Positions 8,723 to 18,414 of a DNA stretch of 64,000 nucleotides are shown here, in pieces. The position numbers and the translations under genes were made by a program. Location: contig CAWCNS010000002.1 of NCBI GenBank assembly GCA_963796965.1, positions 192,001-256,000 of the forward strand. The letters are read 5' to 3'. Source of the DNA: Calditrichia bacterium. GTDB taxonomy: Bacteria; Calditrichota; Calditrichia; JAJRVZ01. Every line of letters starts with the position of its first letter. The first letter of the stretch is position 1. Below the pieces are notes generated by a model. That model was not told the origin of the DNA. It did not search any database and was given only the letters and a program-made list of their open reading frames with translations.

Positions 8723-10915
8723 ATGAAAAGAATATACTTTACCTTGATCGTGATTTGTTTTACTGCACCACCATCCATAGCACAAACCTATCAATGGCCT
8801 TGCCCACCCTTTGATCAGCAGCATTGGATAAATGGTACCTTTTGCGAAAACAGACCCAGCGGAGATATTGATCGTCACCATTTCCACGACGGTGTGGATA
8901 TTCACCTACCTCAAGGGAATAATGTCTACTCTGTAATTAATGGCACTGTAGATGGAATTGGTACCGCTGATGATTACGGTATCAATGCCTATATCCGTGT
9001 TGGACGTTATGCCTATGTTCATGTGGATCCTAATCCCAATCTTGAGATTGGTGATCCGGTTGTCGCCTTCGAAACTATCCTGGGGACGACAAACTCATGG
9101 AACCATATCCATTTTAAGGATGGCTGGCCAGGTAGTGAGATTAATGCCCTGCGTCCGGGTGCCGGATTAAGTCCATTTTCAGACCCCCATCTGCCTTCCA
9201 TAGATTATGTGGATTTTTATATCAATAACAGTCAAATAAAATTCAGCAACAACCGGGTATTTGGAAAAGTGGATATTGTATCTAAGGCCCGTGATATTTC
9301 GGATACAGGTCCGGTTGGTAATAACAATGGTATTTTTAAAATTGGGTACCAGATATATGATGCTTCCGGTACAACTCCGGTATCAGCGCCAGTGGAGAAT
9401 TATATATTTGATAACATACCATCCTCAGATAACTATATCACCAATGTATATTTTTGGGGTTCAGACATAAGCAATTACATTTACACCATTACAAACAGGG
9501 TAACATCTGATCGTTACTGGAATACAGATCTACTGGCCAAGGGAACTTATCGGGTTAAAGTTTTCACTGAGGATACAAGATCTAATACAAAGGTCGCCTG
9601 GGAAACAGTACAGATAGTCGTACCGGATAATTATCCTCCGGCCATGCCCGAAATGGTTTCTCTAATTGGAGATGATTCAAACCAATGGCACCTTAATTGG
9701 TTGCCAAATGATTCCAATGATGTTGCCGGTTACAAATTATCTTTTAGCCTTGATGGTGTAGCCTGGACTGTCCAGAAAAATATTTCTGATTCCCTCACAC
9801 CTGATGATACTACTCTATTTTATAGTCCTTATGTCAATAATTCTTTGATCTACCTGCGCCTGAACGCCTATGACCGGTCCGCATTTACAAATTACAGTGA
9901 TTCTTCTGATGCTTATGGGCTCTGGCTTTCAGAGGAGGGACCGGAGATTCTGATTGTGGACGGATTTGATCGTACGGATGGGTACTGGCAAAAACCTTCA
10001 CATACTTTTGTGATTCAATACGGTAATATATTGGATAAGCTGGGGCTTTCTTTTAATACGTGCTCCGATGATGCTGTTCGTTCTGGTCGTATACAATTGG
10101 CAGATTATCCGATTATCATTTATCTGTTGGGTGATGAATCCGGGGAGGAAAAAGTTTTAAGCGATCAGGAACAGGAGGATATAAAAAATTATTTAAAAAA
10201 GGGCGGAAAATTGTTGATATCAGGGTCAGAAATCGGAAATGATCTGGTTGAGATTGGAAATGAATCAGATATAGAATTTTATCATACATTCTTAAGAGCC
10301 AATTTTATTTCAGATTCTGCCGAATCACATCAATTGATTGGGGAGGAGGGTACCACTTTCAAAAACTATTACGGTAAGGTAAATCCACCTGGTAATGATA
10401 TTTATAAATCAGATGTTATTGAGCCCGATATGAGCGAGAGAATCCTAAATTTTGGAGATAATCAGGGTGCCGGAATTTATTATAATGGTTTATTCGAAGG
10501 TGGTACACAACCCGGATACCTGGCTCACTTTTCTTTTCCGATCGAACTGATCACTGAGTATGAGGAAAGATCCGGACTTATCGGCAGGGTTATGGGCTTA
10601 TTTGGTGTTGTATCTTCGTTGAAAGAAAGCGGATCAAGCAATCATGTAAAACAATATCAGTTATTTGACAACTATCCCAATCCATTTAACCCTAAAACAA
10701 TGATCAATTACCAATTACCAAGCACCAATTATGTTGAACTGAGTATTTATAATTTAACTGGGCAAAAGGTCGTGACATTAGTGTCTGAGAATCAGCAGCC
10801 GGGCAATTATCAGGTAGAATGGGATGCCAGTGAATTTGCCAGTGGTGTGTATTATTATAGATTAAGCACTGAGGCAGGATTTATCCAAACCAAAAAACTG
10901 GTTTTAATAAAATGA
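8723..10915 (+). CDS. Secreted M23-family peptidase with FN3-like domain and T9SS type A/FlgD-like C-terminal domain
   Basis: Signal peptide; zinc motifs HFHDGVD (HxxxD) and NHIHF (HxH); LNWLPN..DVAGY FN3-like segment; C-terminus NYPNPFNPKTMINY...SGVYYYRL...KKLVLIK. Confidence 0.85.
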   Translation: MKRIYFTLIVICFTAPPSIAQTYQWPCPPFDQQHWINGTFCENRPSGDIDRHHFHDGVDIHLPQGNNVYSVINGTVDGIGTADDYGINAYIRVGRYAYVHVDPNPNLEIGDPVVAFETILGTTNSWNHIHFKDGWPGSEINALRPGAGLSPFSDPHLPSIDYVDFYINNSQIKFSNNRVFGKVDIVSKARDISDTGPVGNNNGIFKIGYQIYDASGTTPVSAPVENYIFDNIPSSDNYITNVYFWGSDISNYIYTITNRVTSDRYWNTDLLAKGTYRVKVFTEDTRSNTKVAWETVQIVVPDNYPPAMPEMVSLIGDDSNQWHLNWLPNDSNDVAGYKLSFSLDGVAWTVQKNISDSLTPDDTTLFYSPYVNNSLIYLRLNAYDRSAFTNYSDSSDAYGLWLSEEGPEILIVDGFDRTDGYWQKPSHTFVIQYGNILDKLGLSFNTCSDDAVRSGRIQLADYPIIIYLLGDESGEEKVLSDQEQEDIKNYLKKGGKLLISGSEIGNDLVEIGNESDIEFYHTFLRANFISDSAESHQLIGEEGTTFKNYYGKVNPPGNDIYKSDVIEPDMSERILNFGDNQGAGIYYNGLFEGGTQPGYLAHFSFPIELITEYEERSGLIGRVMGLFGVVSSLKESGSSNHVKQYQLFDNYPNPFNPKTMINYQLPSTNYVELSIYNLTGQKVVTLVSENQQPGNYQVEWDASEFASGVYYYRLSTEAGFIQTKKLVLIK

Positions 10916-10961
10916 TGTAGGGAATAGTTTATTTTGGATTTTCGATTAATTATTCCAAAAT

Positions 10962-11724
10962 CTAAAATCGAAGTGAAAGACAACTCACGCCTCCATCTAA
11001 GCTTCCGGAATTCCGAGGTATCAACTTCTATAACCTCATATCCTACTTTTTCTACTTTATCTTTCAAATTCGGGAAGCCTGTTGGCATGATTATACGGCC
11101 ATTTATCCAGATACTGTTGGCAGCGTATGATTCAAAACTTTCAACCGGTAGGATTTTGAATGGGTTAAATTCTTTGATAGTCAGAAATTCACCCGTTGCG
11201 AGAAGGATATCGTTTTCGAGATAGGCTAGACCGGTTTTCAGATGAAGCATTTCTTTCATTGGTACCATAGAGCCGGATAGATTATATTTCTCCAGAATCT
11301 GAATAGTCTGCCTTGCCCCTTCTTCGTTGGTCCGTGAAGAAATTCCGATATAGAAATGTGAACCAACCATCATAATATCCCCACCTTCTGCAGTCCCCGG
11401 CGATTCTATTAATTCGATAGATTCGAAAAAATTTTTAAGAACAGGTATTACCTCTTTTGATTCATCTCTGCGTGAAATGGCTCCTGGATTCATCACAATG
11501 GCACAATGTGGCGTTAGCAATGCCGTATCTTCAATAAATACCGAATCTGGGAAACGGTTATCTGCATCAAGAACCGTTACATCTAAATCGCAAAGTTCCA
11601 ATGCCTCAATATACTTTTGATGCTGTACCGAAGCCAGTTTAAAATCAGGTTTACCCAAATTCGCGGTTGTCAGCCCATTAATCATCTGAGGACATGGCCT
11701 TCTAACTATTGCCTTCTGAAACAT
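10962..11724 (-). CDS. ddaH: Dimethylarginine dimethylaminohydrolase (amidinotransferase superfamily), one-base frameshift near the 3' end
   Basis: FPDSVFIED, EGGD and LHLKT are present. Removing one base near 10997 restores SEFRKLDGGVSCLSLRF* with the catalytic Cys, ending at TAG 10962. Confidence 0.88.
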
Positions 11725-11847
11725 TTCTCTGAATCCCCTAAATATATGCTATATGTACTGTTTATTTTTCTCGCAGAGCCGCAAAGACGCAGAGAAAATA
11801 AATTTTATAAAATGATAACTAAATTCGGAAATCAGGAATTACCAATA

Positions 11848-12270
11848 TTAGTGCGTCGTCTTCCCTTCATAAAGATCTGTAAAAACACTATCCACGGGTT
11901 CCCATAATTCAATTTTATTTCCTTCAGGATCCATGATATGGGCGAATTTTCCATATTCATAGACTTCCATTTCACCCAGAATCTGCACATCCGCTTTTTT
12001 GAGTTCTACAAGAAGTTCTTCAAGATTTTCAACCCGGTAATTGATCATAAATTCTTTGGTAGATGGTTCAATATAAGTTGTATCCTTTTTAAAGGGACTC
12101 CAGTTCAAATAACCTTTTTTTTCAGGTGCATCAGTACTTCTAAACTCAAATACTGAACCATATTCATTGGTGACAAGACCAAGATGCCGGGAATACCATT
12201 CTTTAATTTTTTCAGGATCTTCGCTTTTAAAAAAAATCCCTCCAATACCCGTTACTTTTTTTCTACCCAT
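11848..12270 (-). CDS. VOC/glyoxalase family protein
   Basis: VTGIGGIFFK, MINYRVENL and YGKFAHIMDPEGNKIELWEP. Confidence 0.9.
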   Translation of the reverse strand: MGRKKVTGIGGIFFKSEDPEKIKEWYSRHLGLVTNEYGSVFEFRSTDAPEKKGYLNWSPFKKDTTYIEPSTKEFMINYRVENLEELLVELKKADVQILGEMEVYEYGKFAHIMDPEGNKIELWEPVDSVFTDLYEGKTTH

Positions 12271-12332
12271 AATATATACTCCCCCTTATTCAATTTTTGG
12301 TTAAAACGGATAGAAAATCTCTTTTATGCCCA

Positions 12333-13679
12333 CTATGAGAATGTTAATCTAAAGGTAGTTTCAACATCGGGTTTAGAAGTTACATTAATACTCCCACCAT
12401 GCTGACGCATAATTTGTCTGGAAAGACTCAATCCAATACCAGAACCGGTTTTTTTGGTGGTAAAGAATGGAATAAAGATTTTCTCCTGTGCCTCAGGCTC
12501 AATACCAGAGCCATTATCACTGACTCTAATCAGGACACGGCCCCGTTCGTCAAGATCTGAAAGGAGTGATAATTTTGGATTCTTCGTATTAGAAAAAGCA
12601 TCAAAAGAATTCCGAACAAGATTAATTAACACCTGTTCAATTAATTCCTGATCGGCAATAACATGAAGACTTATTGGTTTAACATCTGATATAATTTTGA
12701 TTTTTCTATTACGTGATTCGACTTCCGTAAGATGCAAAACATTATCAAACAGCTTCTTTACTGGTATCATCTGAAAATTAGGTTGGGGAATTCTGGTTAA
12801 TTTGCGATAGGATTCAACGAAATGTATCAATCCCTCACTTCTTTTATGTATGGTACTAACCGCATCATGGATATCCTTCATATCCCCTGCTTGTAAGTTC
12901 TCTAAATTTAGTTCATCTAAAGTATGATCAACAGTCTTGGCAAGCGAAGAAATGGGGGTAATCGAATTCATAATTTCATGGGTTAGTACACGGATCAGTT
13001 TTTGCCAGGCCTCCATTTCCTGTTCTTCCAACTCACTTTGTATATTTTGTAGGGATATAAGTTTTAGGGAGCGTCCCCGTAGCTGAAATTCTGTTCCGTA
13101 GGCAGATAACTGCAACAGATCATCATTACGCTGGATTTTAATAAGAGCACGGCTACCGGATTTTAAGTTGGAAAATTTTTGTATTAAATCATTGCCAATC
13201 GGTTCCAGACCAGAAATATTTCGTAATCCGGATATACCAAGAAGTTTTTTCGCAGCTGTATTAAATATTTCAATCATTCCATCATTATCAAATGCCAATA
13301 ATCCAACACCCACATGTTGTACAACTGTTTGTAAATAGCGGAAATTTTCCTCTTTATCCCCCCTGATCTTCTGAAAATCCTGAATAACCTGTGTAAAAGC
13401 ATCACTAAGTTGATCAAAAGACTTACCCTGCTTGGACCTTTTAAACGATTGAGAAAAGTCTGCGTGACGTACTGCCTGAAGGAACTGGGCCATGCGTATA
13501 TTACTTTGATCCATGATCCGAATTAACCCATAAATTTCATATAATGAGAGCAGGATCAGGATTCCAATAGTTGCATATAAAATTGTTTCAAGGAGAAGAT
13601 AAGAGAGAACCAATAAGGTTATAAATAAGAGAATAATTCGAATTGTAACCTGAATTCTGAAGTTTTTGAAAAGCATCAT
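12333..13679 (-). CDS. Sensor histidine kinase (NtrY-like; two TM helices, PAS, HisKA, HATPase)
   Basis: LIRVLTHEIMNSITPI H-box, INLVRN N-box, DNGSG, FIPFFTTK and GSGIGL. Confidence 0.92.
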   Translation of the reverse strand: MMLFKNFRIQVTIRIILLFITLLVLSYLLLETILYATIGILILLSLYEIYGLIRIMDQSNIRMAQFLQAVRHADFSQSFKRSKQGKSFDQLSDAFTQVIQDFQKIRGDKEENFRYLQTVVQHVGVGLLAFDNDGMIEIFNTAAKKLLGISGLRNISGLEPIGNDLIQKFSNLKSGSRALIKIQRNDDLLQLSAYGTEFQLRGRSLKLISLQNIQSELEEQEMEAWQKLIRVLTHEIMNSITPISSLAKTVDHTLDELNLENLQAGDMKDIHDAVSTIHKRSEGLIHFVESYRKLTRIPQPNFQMIPVKKLFDNVLHLTEVESRNRKIKIISDVKPISLHVIADQELIEQVLINLVRNSFDAFSNTKNPKLSLLSDLDERGRVLIRVSDNGSGIEPEAQEKIFIPFFTTKKTGSGIGLSLSRQIMRQHGGSINVTSKPDVETTFRLTFS

Positions 13680-13682
13680 CGT

Positions 13683-15061
13683 TTATAGCCCATGCCTCTC
13701 CATTCGACGATAGAGAGCTGCACGGCTTAAACCAAGTTCTTTTGCAGCCTTGCTGACATTTCCGTGATGTTTTTTTAATGTTCTCACGATTGCCTCTCTT
13801 TCGATCGATTCGAGATTGTAGGTTTCAAATTCTCCGCTTTTATTTTTTGAACCCCTGGGTGGGAATAGAAAGTCACCGGCTTGCAATATGTCTGATTCAC
13901 TTAAAATAATGGCCCTTTCGATGGCATGTTGCAGCTCTCGTATGTTTCCGGACCAATGATATGATTGTAATTTCTTGAGAGTTTCTGTTGATAATTTTAA
14001 TCCCTTTTTATTGTATTTCTTAGAATAAATGGCAATAAAATGCTCTGCAAGGAGAGGAATGTCTTCTTGTCTTTCGCGCAATGGAGGTAAATTTATTTCT
14101 ACAGTATTGATGCGGTATAATAAATCCTGTCGAAATTTACCTGATTGAACCATATCCATCACGGGCATATTTGTGGCACAAATTAAACGTATATCTATAG
14201 ATCTGGGTTTATTTGAACCCACAGGGGTAATTTGCCTCAATTCAAGTGCACTAAGTAACTTAGATTGAAGGGAATAGGGAAGATTTCCGATTTCATCCAT
14301 GAAAAGGGTCCCCCCGCTGGCGATTTCAAATCTTCCGGTATGATCTTTTTTTGCGTCAGTAAAGGCGCCACGCGTATAACCAAACAGTTCACTTTCAAAA
14401 AGAGTTTCACTAATTGCTCCCATATCAACACTTATAAATACTTTATCATGCCGCGCCGACTGACGATGAATAGTCTCTGGCAACCAATTCCTTTCCCGTG
14501 CCATTTTCCCCCAATATTAAGATGTTCGCGTCTGTTTTTGCCACCTTCTCAATAGTACTAAACAATTTCTTAATCGCCTCTCCCTGACCAATAAAATCAA
14601 GAAAGGGTTGATCAATATCTGCACTGAGTCTGTTTTTGCTGAATGCGTAAACGATCTGCTTCCATTCTAGATTTACGAAGAGTCAGAGAAGCTGAGATGG
14701 TTGTGAGAAGTTTTTCATTTTGCCATGGTTTGAGTATAAAATCGACTGCCCCTTCTTTTACTGCCCGGACAGCCATCTCCACATCTCCGTATGCAGTTAT
14801 TAATACAACCACAGCAGCAGGATCAATTTCCAATATCTTTTTTAGCCATGTCAATCCCTCCTGGCCGCTTGTAACATCCCGCTCAAAATTCATATCAAGA
14901 AATATTACATCAAAGGTTTCTTCCTCAAGCAAAGTTGGGATAACCCGGGGATCCTTTTCTATCCGGACCTCTGAAACATGTTTTTTAACTAAAAGCCGGA
15001 ACGCAAACAGGATATCTTCATCATCATCAATAATTAATACTCTGGCATCATGCTTTTTCAC
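13683..15061 (-). CDS. Sigma-54-dependent NtrC-family response regulator (REC-AAA-Fis HTH), two one-base frameshifts
   Basis: REC domain IIDDD..LDMNF..TAYG..KPW. The intervening frame reads LSADIDQPF...ILILGENGTGKELVAR (Walker A). Then ESELFG..GAFTDA, MDEIG, FRQDLLYRIN and a Fis-type HTH. Shifts near 14629 and 14475. Confidence 0.9.
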
Positions 15062-15248
15062 TTGAACACATCCTTTATCTCAATGAGATTTATTTTCTTT
15101 GAATCCCAAAGATACTTTTATTCTCAAATTCTTTATGAGTGGGATAATAATATGGAAATTAACTTAAAATTTAGAATCATAAAACATATTTTTTATTTAC
15201 ACAATAAATTTTAGATCTACGTAACCAAATCCTCAATCCATACAATAG

Positions 15249-15285
15249 TGTTCGAATCCGGACACCTCTGTCTCAATAATGAACA
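15249..15285 (+). promoter_or_regulatory. Tandem enhancer-binding-protein sites (UAS)
   Basis: TGT-tcgaatccgg-ACA (TGT-N10-ACA, 15249-15264) and TGT-ctcaataatga-ACA (TGT-N11-ACA, 15269-15285), 50-90 nt upstream of the sigma-54 box. Confidence 0.6.
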
Positions 15286-15337
15286 TTATGTAAAGAGATT
15301 TATCTCATCAATGCCCTAAATACAGGCTTCTTCTGTT

Positions 15338-15353
15338 TGGCACGCTGCTTGTA
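15338..15353 (+). promoter_or_regulatory. Sigma-54 -24/-12 promoter of the ABC efflux operon
   Basis: TGGCACGCTGCTTGTA, divergent from the NtrC-type activator gene and 36 nt before the MFP start. Confidence 0.75.
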
Positions 15354-15389
15354 TTGTATAAAGGATGAATAAACAGGGAATTCAACTTT

Positions 15390-16647
15390 ATGGATAAACA
15401 AATTGAAAAGAAAAAATGGCCCCCAAAAAGGATCATTACCTATGCAATAGCGACTGCTTTTGCCCTGGCTGTTATTTATAGCATCATATTTGGAGACACT
15501 AGTTCAAAACTCAACGTACAATCAGAGAAAATCACTATCTCTACTGTCCAGAAAGGCCCATTCAAAGAATATATTCCTGTAACCGGAAGCGTGATCCCTT
15601 TAAAAACCGTTTATTTGGACGCTATTGAAGGTGGTCGTGTTGAGAAAAAGTTTATTGAGGCGGGAACTATGGTTAGTGTTGGTGATAATATTCTTCAACT
15701 ATCGAACACAAATCTTCTGATGGACATCATGTTCCGGGAAGCTGAATTATTTGAGCAAAGTAATAATCTACGTAACACCCGTCTGGCAATGGAGCAGAAT
15801 CAACTTCATCTCCGCTCACAGCTGATCGATCTTGACTATCAGATCAAGCAATTCAAAAGAGATTTTCTGCGCAATAAAGAATTAGTGGCGAATAATCTGG
15901 TATCAAAACTCGATTTTGAAAGAATCAAGGATGAATATGAGTACGCACAGAAAAGACGCGAATTCACTATAGAATCCTTTAAACAGGATTCTATATTCAG
16001 AAAAGTCCAGATCAAACAATTAGAAGCATCATTAGCGCGGATGCAAAAAAACCTAGAACTCGTTAAGACCAAGTTAGAAAATCTTATGATTAAAGCACCA
16101 ATTAGCGGACAATTAACCGCATTGAATGCTGAGATTGGTGAATCAAAATCCAGGGGGGAGCGTCTTGGACAGGTGGATGTATTAGATGGATTTAAAATCC
16201 GTGCCCCTGTTGATGAATATCATCTGCATCGGATCAATAAAGGTTTGAAGGGTGAATTTGATTTTGCCGGATCAACCTATGAGTTGATCGTCGATAAAGT
16301 TTTTCCGGAAATCCGAAACGGACGCTTTGATGTCGATTTAGTATTTACTGGCTCCGAACCAGATGGGATTCGTCGCGGACAAACTACACATATACGGCTT
16401 GAGCTTGGCAATCTAAGTGAAGCTATATTGTTGGCACGCGGTGGATTTTATCAGAAGACAGGTGGCCAGTGGGTTTACGTCCTGGATGAAAGCGATGATT
16501 TTGCTTATAAACGAAATATCCGCTTGGGTATGCAAAATCCACAAATGTTTGAGGTGTTAGAGGGACTTGAACCCGGAGAACAAGTTATTACATCCTCCTA
16601 TGAAAGTCTTTGGTGATAATGACATCTTGGTTTTAAAGGAAAACTAA
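15390..16647 (+). CDS. Efflux periplasmic adaptor (membrane fusion protein, MacA/HlyD-like); frameshift near the 3' end
   Basis: N-terminal TM helix, AIEGGRVE, coiled-coil hairpin, IKAPISGQL and EVLEGLEPGEQVITSSY. Removing one base near 16608 gives SFGDNDILVLKEN* ending at 16647. Confidence 0.9.
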
Positions 16648-16649
16648 TT

Positions 16650-16793
16650 TCTCGCAGCGACGCAGAGGCGCAGCGTTATATATGATTAATAAATATTTAA
16701 CTTTAAATAAATTCATTTTTCAAAACAGCAATAAAATGACTATATGAGGTACTTATAATTTAGGTTTCGCTGCGGCGTTGCGGCGCTGCGAGA
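16650..16793. repeat. Periodic CGCAG inverted-repeat element (empty)
   Basis: tctcgcagcgacgcagaggcgcagcg pairs with cgctgcggcgttgcggcgctgcgaga (22/26 match) around an AT-rich core. A lone arm is at ~11770. Confidence 0.8.
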
Positions 16794-16814
16794 GACAAAG
16801 AGAGGAGCAATAGA

Positions 16815-17504
16815 ATGATTCGGATAGTCGATCTACAAAAAGTCTACACTACAGAAGAAGTAGAAACAACTGCACTTGACAAAGTAAATCTTCAGGTAAA
16901 AGAAGGCGAATTTATAGCAATTATGGGACCCTCAGGTTGCGGTAAATCTACCCTACTGAACTTATTAGGCCTTTTAGACAATCCCACGGGTGGTGAATAT
17001 TACTTTCTGGATACTGAAGTTTCAAAGTTCACGGAAAGACAAAGAGCCAATCTTCGAAAAAACAACATCGGATTTGTTTTCCAGAGTTTTAACCTGATTG
17101 ACGAACTAACCGTTTTTGAAAATGTAGAATTGCCATTACTCTATCTGGGCTTTTCTTCTGCAGACAGAAAAAAACGGGTAGAGGAAGCTCTTGAGCAGAT
17201 GGAAATTATGCACCGTCGAAATCATTTTCCTCAACAACTATCGGGCGGACAGCAGCAGCGTGTCGCAGTTGCCCGGGCCATCGTCGCCCGACCAAAATTA
17301 ATCCTGGCCGATGAACCTACTGGAAATCTAGATTCGGCTCATGGCGATGAAGTTATGAAAATTTTAGAGGAATTAAACGGTAATGGAACAACCATAATTA
17401 TGGTTACCCACTCCCCTATGTACGCAGAATACAGTCATCGTATTGTCCATTTATTTGATGGGCAAGTCGTGTCTGAGAATGTACAGGAAAAGGTGAAGAT
17501 CTGA
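16815..17504 (+). CDS. ABC transporter ATP-binding protein 1 (LolD/MacB-like)
   Basis: [36 protein letters not shown] and VTH. Confidence 0.95.
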   Translation: MIRIVDLQKVYTTEEVETTALDKVNLQVKEGEFIAIMGPSGCGKSTLLNLLGLLDNPTGGEYYFLDTEVSKFTERQRANLRKNNIGFVFQSFNLIDELTVFENVELPLLYLGFSSADRKKRVEEALEQMEIMHRRNHFPQQLSGGQQQRVAVARAIVARPKLILADEPTGNLDSAHGDEVMKILEELNGNGTTIIMVTHSPMYAEYSHRIVHLFDGQVVSENVQEKVKI

Positions 17505-17533
17505 TTCGTAGAGAGTTGAGAGTATAGCGTGAT

Positions 17534-17558
17534 GTAGGGGCGATTCGTTGAATCGCCC
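17534..17558 (+). repeat. GTAG-family REP palindrome
   Basis: GTAG-gggcgattc-gtt-gaatcgccc is a perfect 9-bp stem. Confidence 0.7.
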
Positions 17559-17597
17559 ATTGATCACAAACCACGACTGGTTGGGGAGAGAAACAAA

Positions 17598-18257
17598 ATG
17601 ATTCGAGTTGAAAATTTATTCAAATATTACACAAACAAATTTGTCAAAACATATGTGCTCAATGATGTCTCCCTTGAAATTGAAAGGGGTGATTTTATAA
17701 CAATTATGGGACCCTCCGGAGCCGGTAAATCAACATTGCTTTATATTTTAGGGATGTTAGATGAGCCGAATCAGGGAGAGTACTATTTCCGTGACAGGAA
17801 AGTACATAAGTTAAGTGAAAAAGAGAGAACAGAGCTTCATAAACACGAAATTGGGTTTGTCTTCCAACAATATCACCTGATTGATGAATTAACCGTTTAT
17901 GAAAATATAGAAACACCACTCCTTTATCAAAAGATAAAAGGCTCCGAGCGCAAAGCAATGGTTGCAGATATTCTTGACCGCTTTAACATCGTTGCCAAAA
18001 AAGACCTTTTTCCAAGTCAATTGTCTGGAGGACAGCAACAATTGGTAGGCATTGCCCGTGCAATTGTTGCCACCCCTTCTCTTCTTTTAGCAGACGAACC
18101 AACAGGTAATCTCAATTCTGAACAGGGTCGTGAGATCATGGAGCTTTTTAAAAAATTAAATGAGAATGGTACTACAATAATCCAGGTAACCCATTCTGAG
18201 GAAAAGGCTGCCTATGGCAAGAGAATCATTAATCTGCTCGATGGTAGAATAGTTTAA
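17598..18257 (+). CDS. ABC transporter ATP-binding protein 2 (LolD/MacB-like)
   Basis: [28 protein letters not shown] and VTH. Confidence 0.95.
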   Translation: MIRVENLFKYYTNKFVKTYVLNDVSLEIERGDFITIMGPSGAGKSTLLYILGMLDEPNQGEYYFRDRKVHKLSEKERTELHKHEIGFVFQQYHLIDELTVYENIETPLLYQKIKGSERKAMVADILDRFNIVAKKDLFPSQLSGGQQQLVGIARAIVATPSLLLADEPTGNLNSEQGREIMELFKKLNENGTTIIQVTHSEEKAAYGKRIINLLDGRIV

Positions 18258-18290
18258 AACCAGTATTTTTATAAATGATAAAGATATTTT

Positions 18291-18405
18291 TTACCACAAA
18301 GGACGCAAAGAATGCACAAAGAACACAAAATGTTTATTTTGAATACTGCAATAACACCATCTTGATATTCACTATAATGTACTTAGTGATCTTTGTGGTA
18401 AAAAA
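18291..18405. repeat. Periodic CACAAAG inverted-repeat element (empty)
   Basis: ttaccacaaaggacgcaaagaatgcacaaagaacacaaaa ... cttagtgatctttgtggtaa; ends at the SD of permease 1. Confidence 0.75.
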
Positions 18406-18414
18406 GGAGAAACG

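Noticed and set aside
10855..10961. ddaH C-terminal extension overlapping the M23 gene
   Set aside because: Artefact of a one-base insertion; the corrected gene stops at 10962.
13683..15061. Programmed frameshifting or a split NtrC regulator
   Set aside because: No slippery sequence at the shift sites, and the same type of insertion occurs throughout the window.
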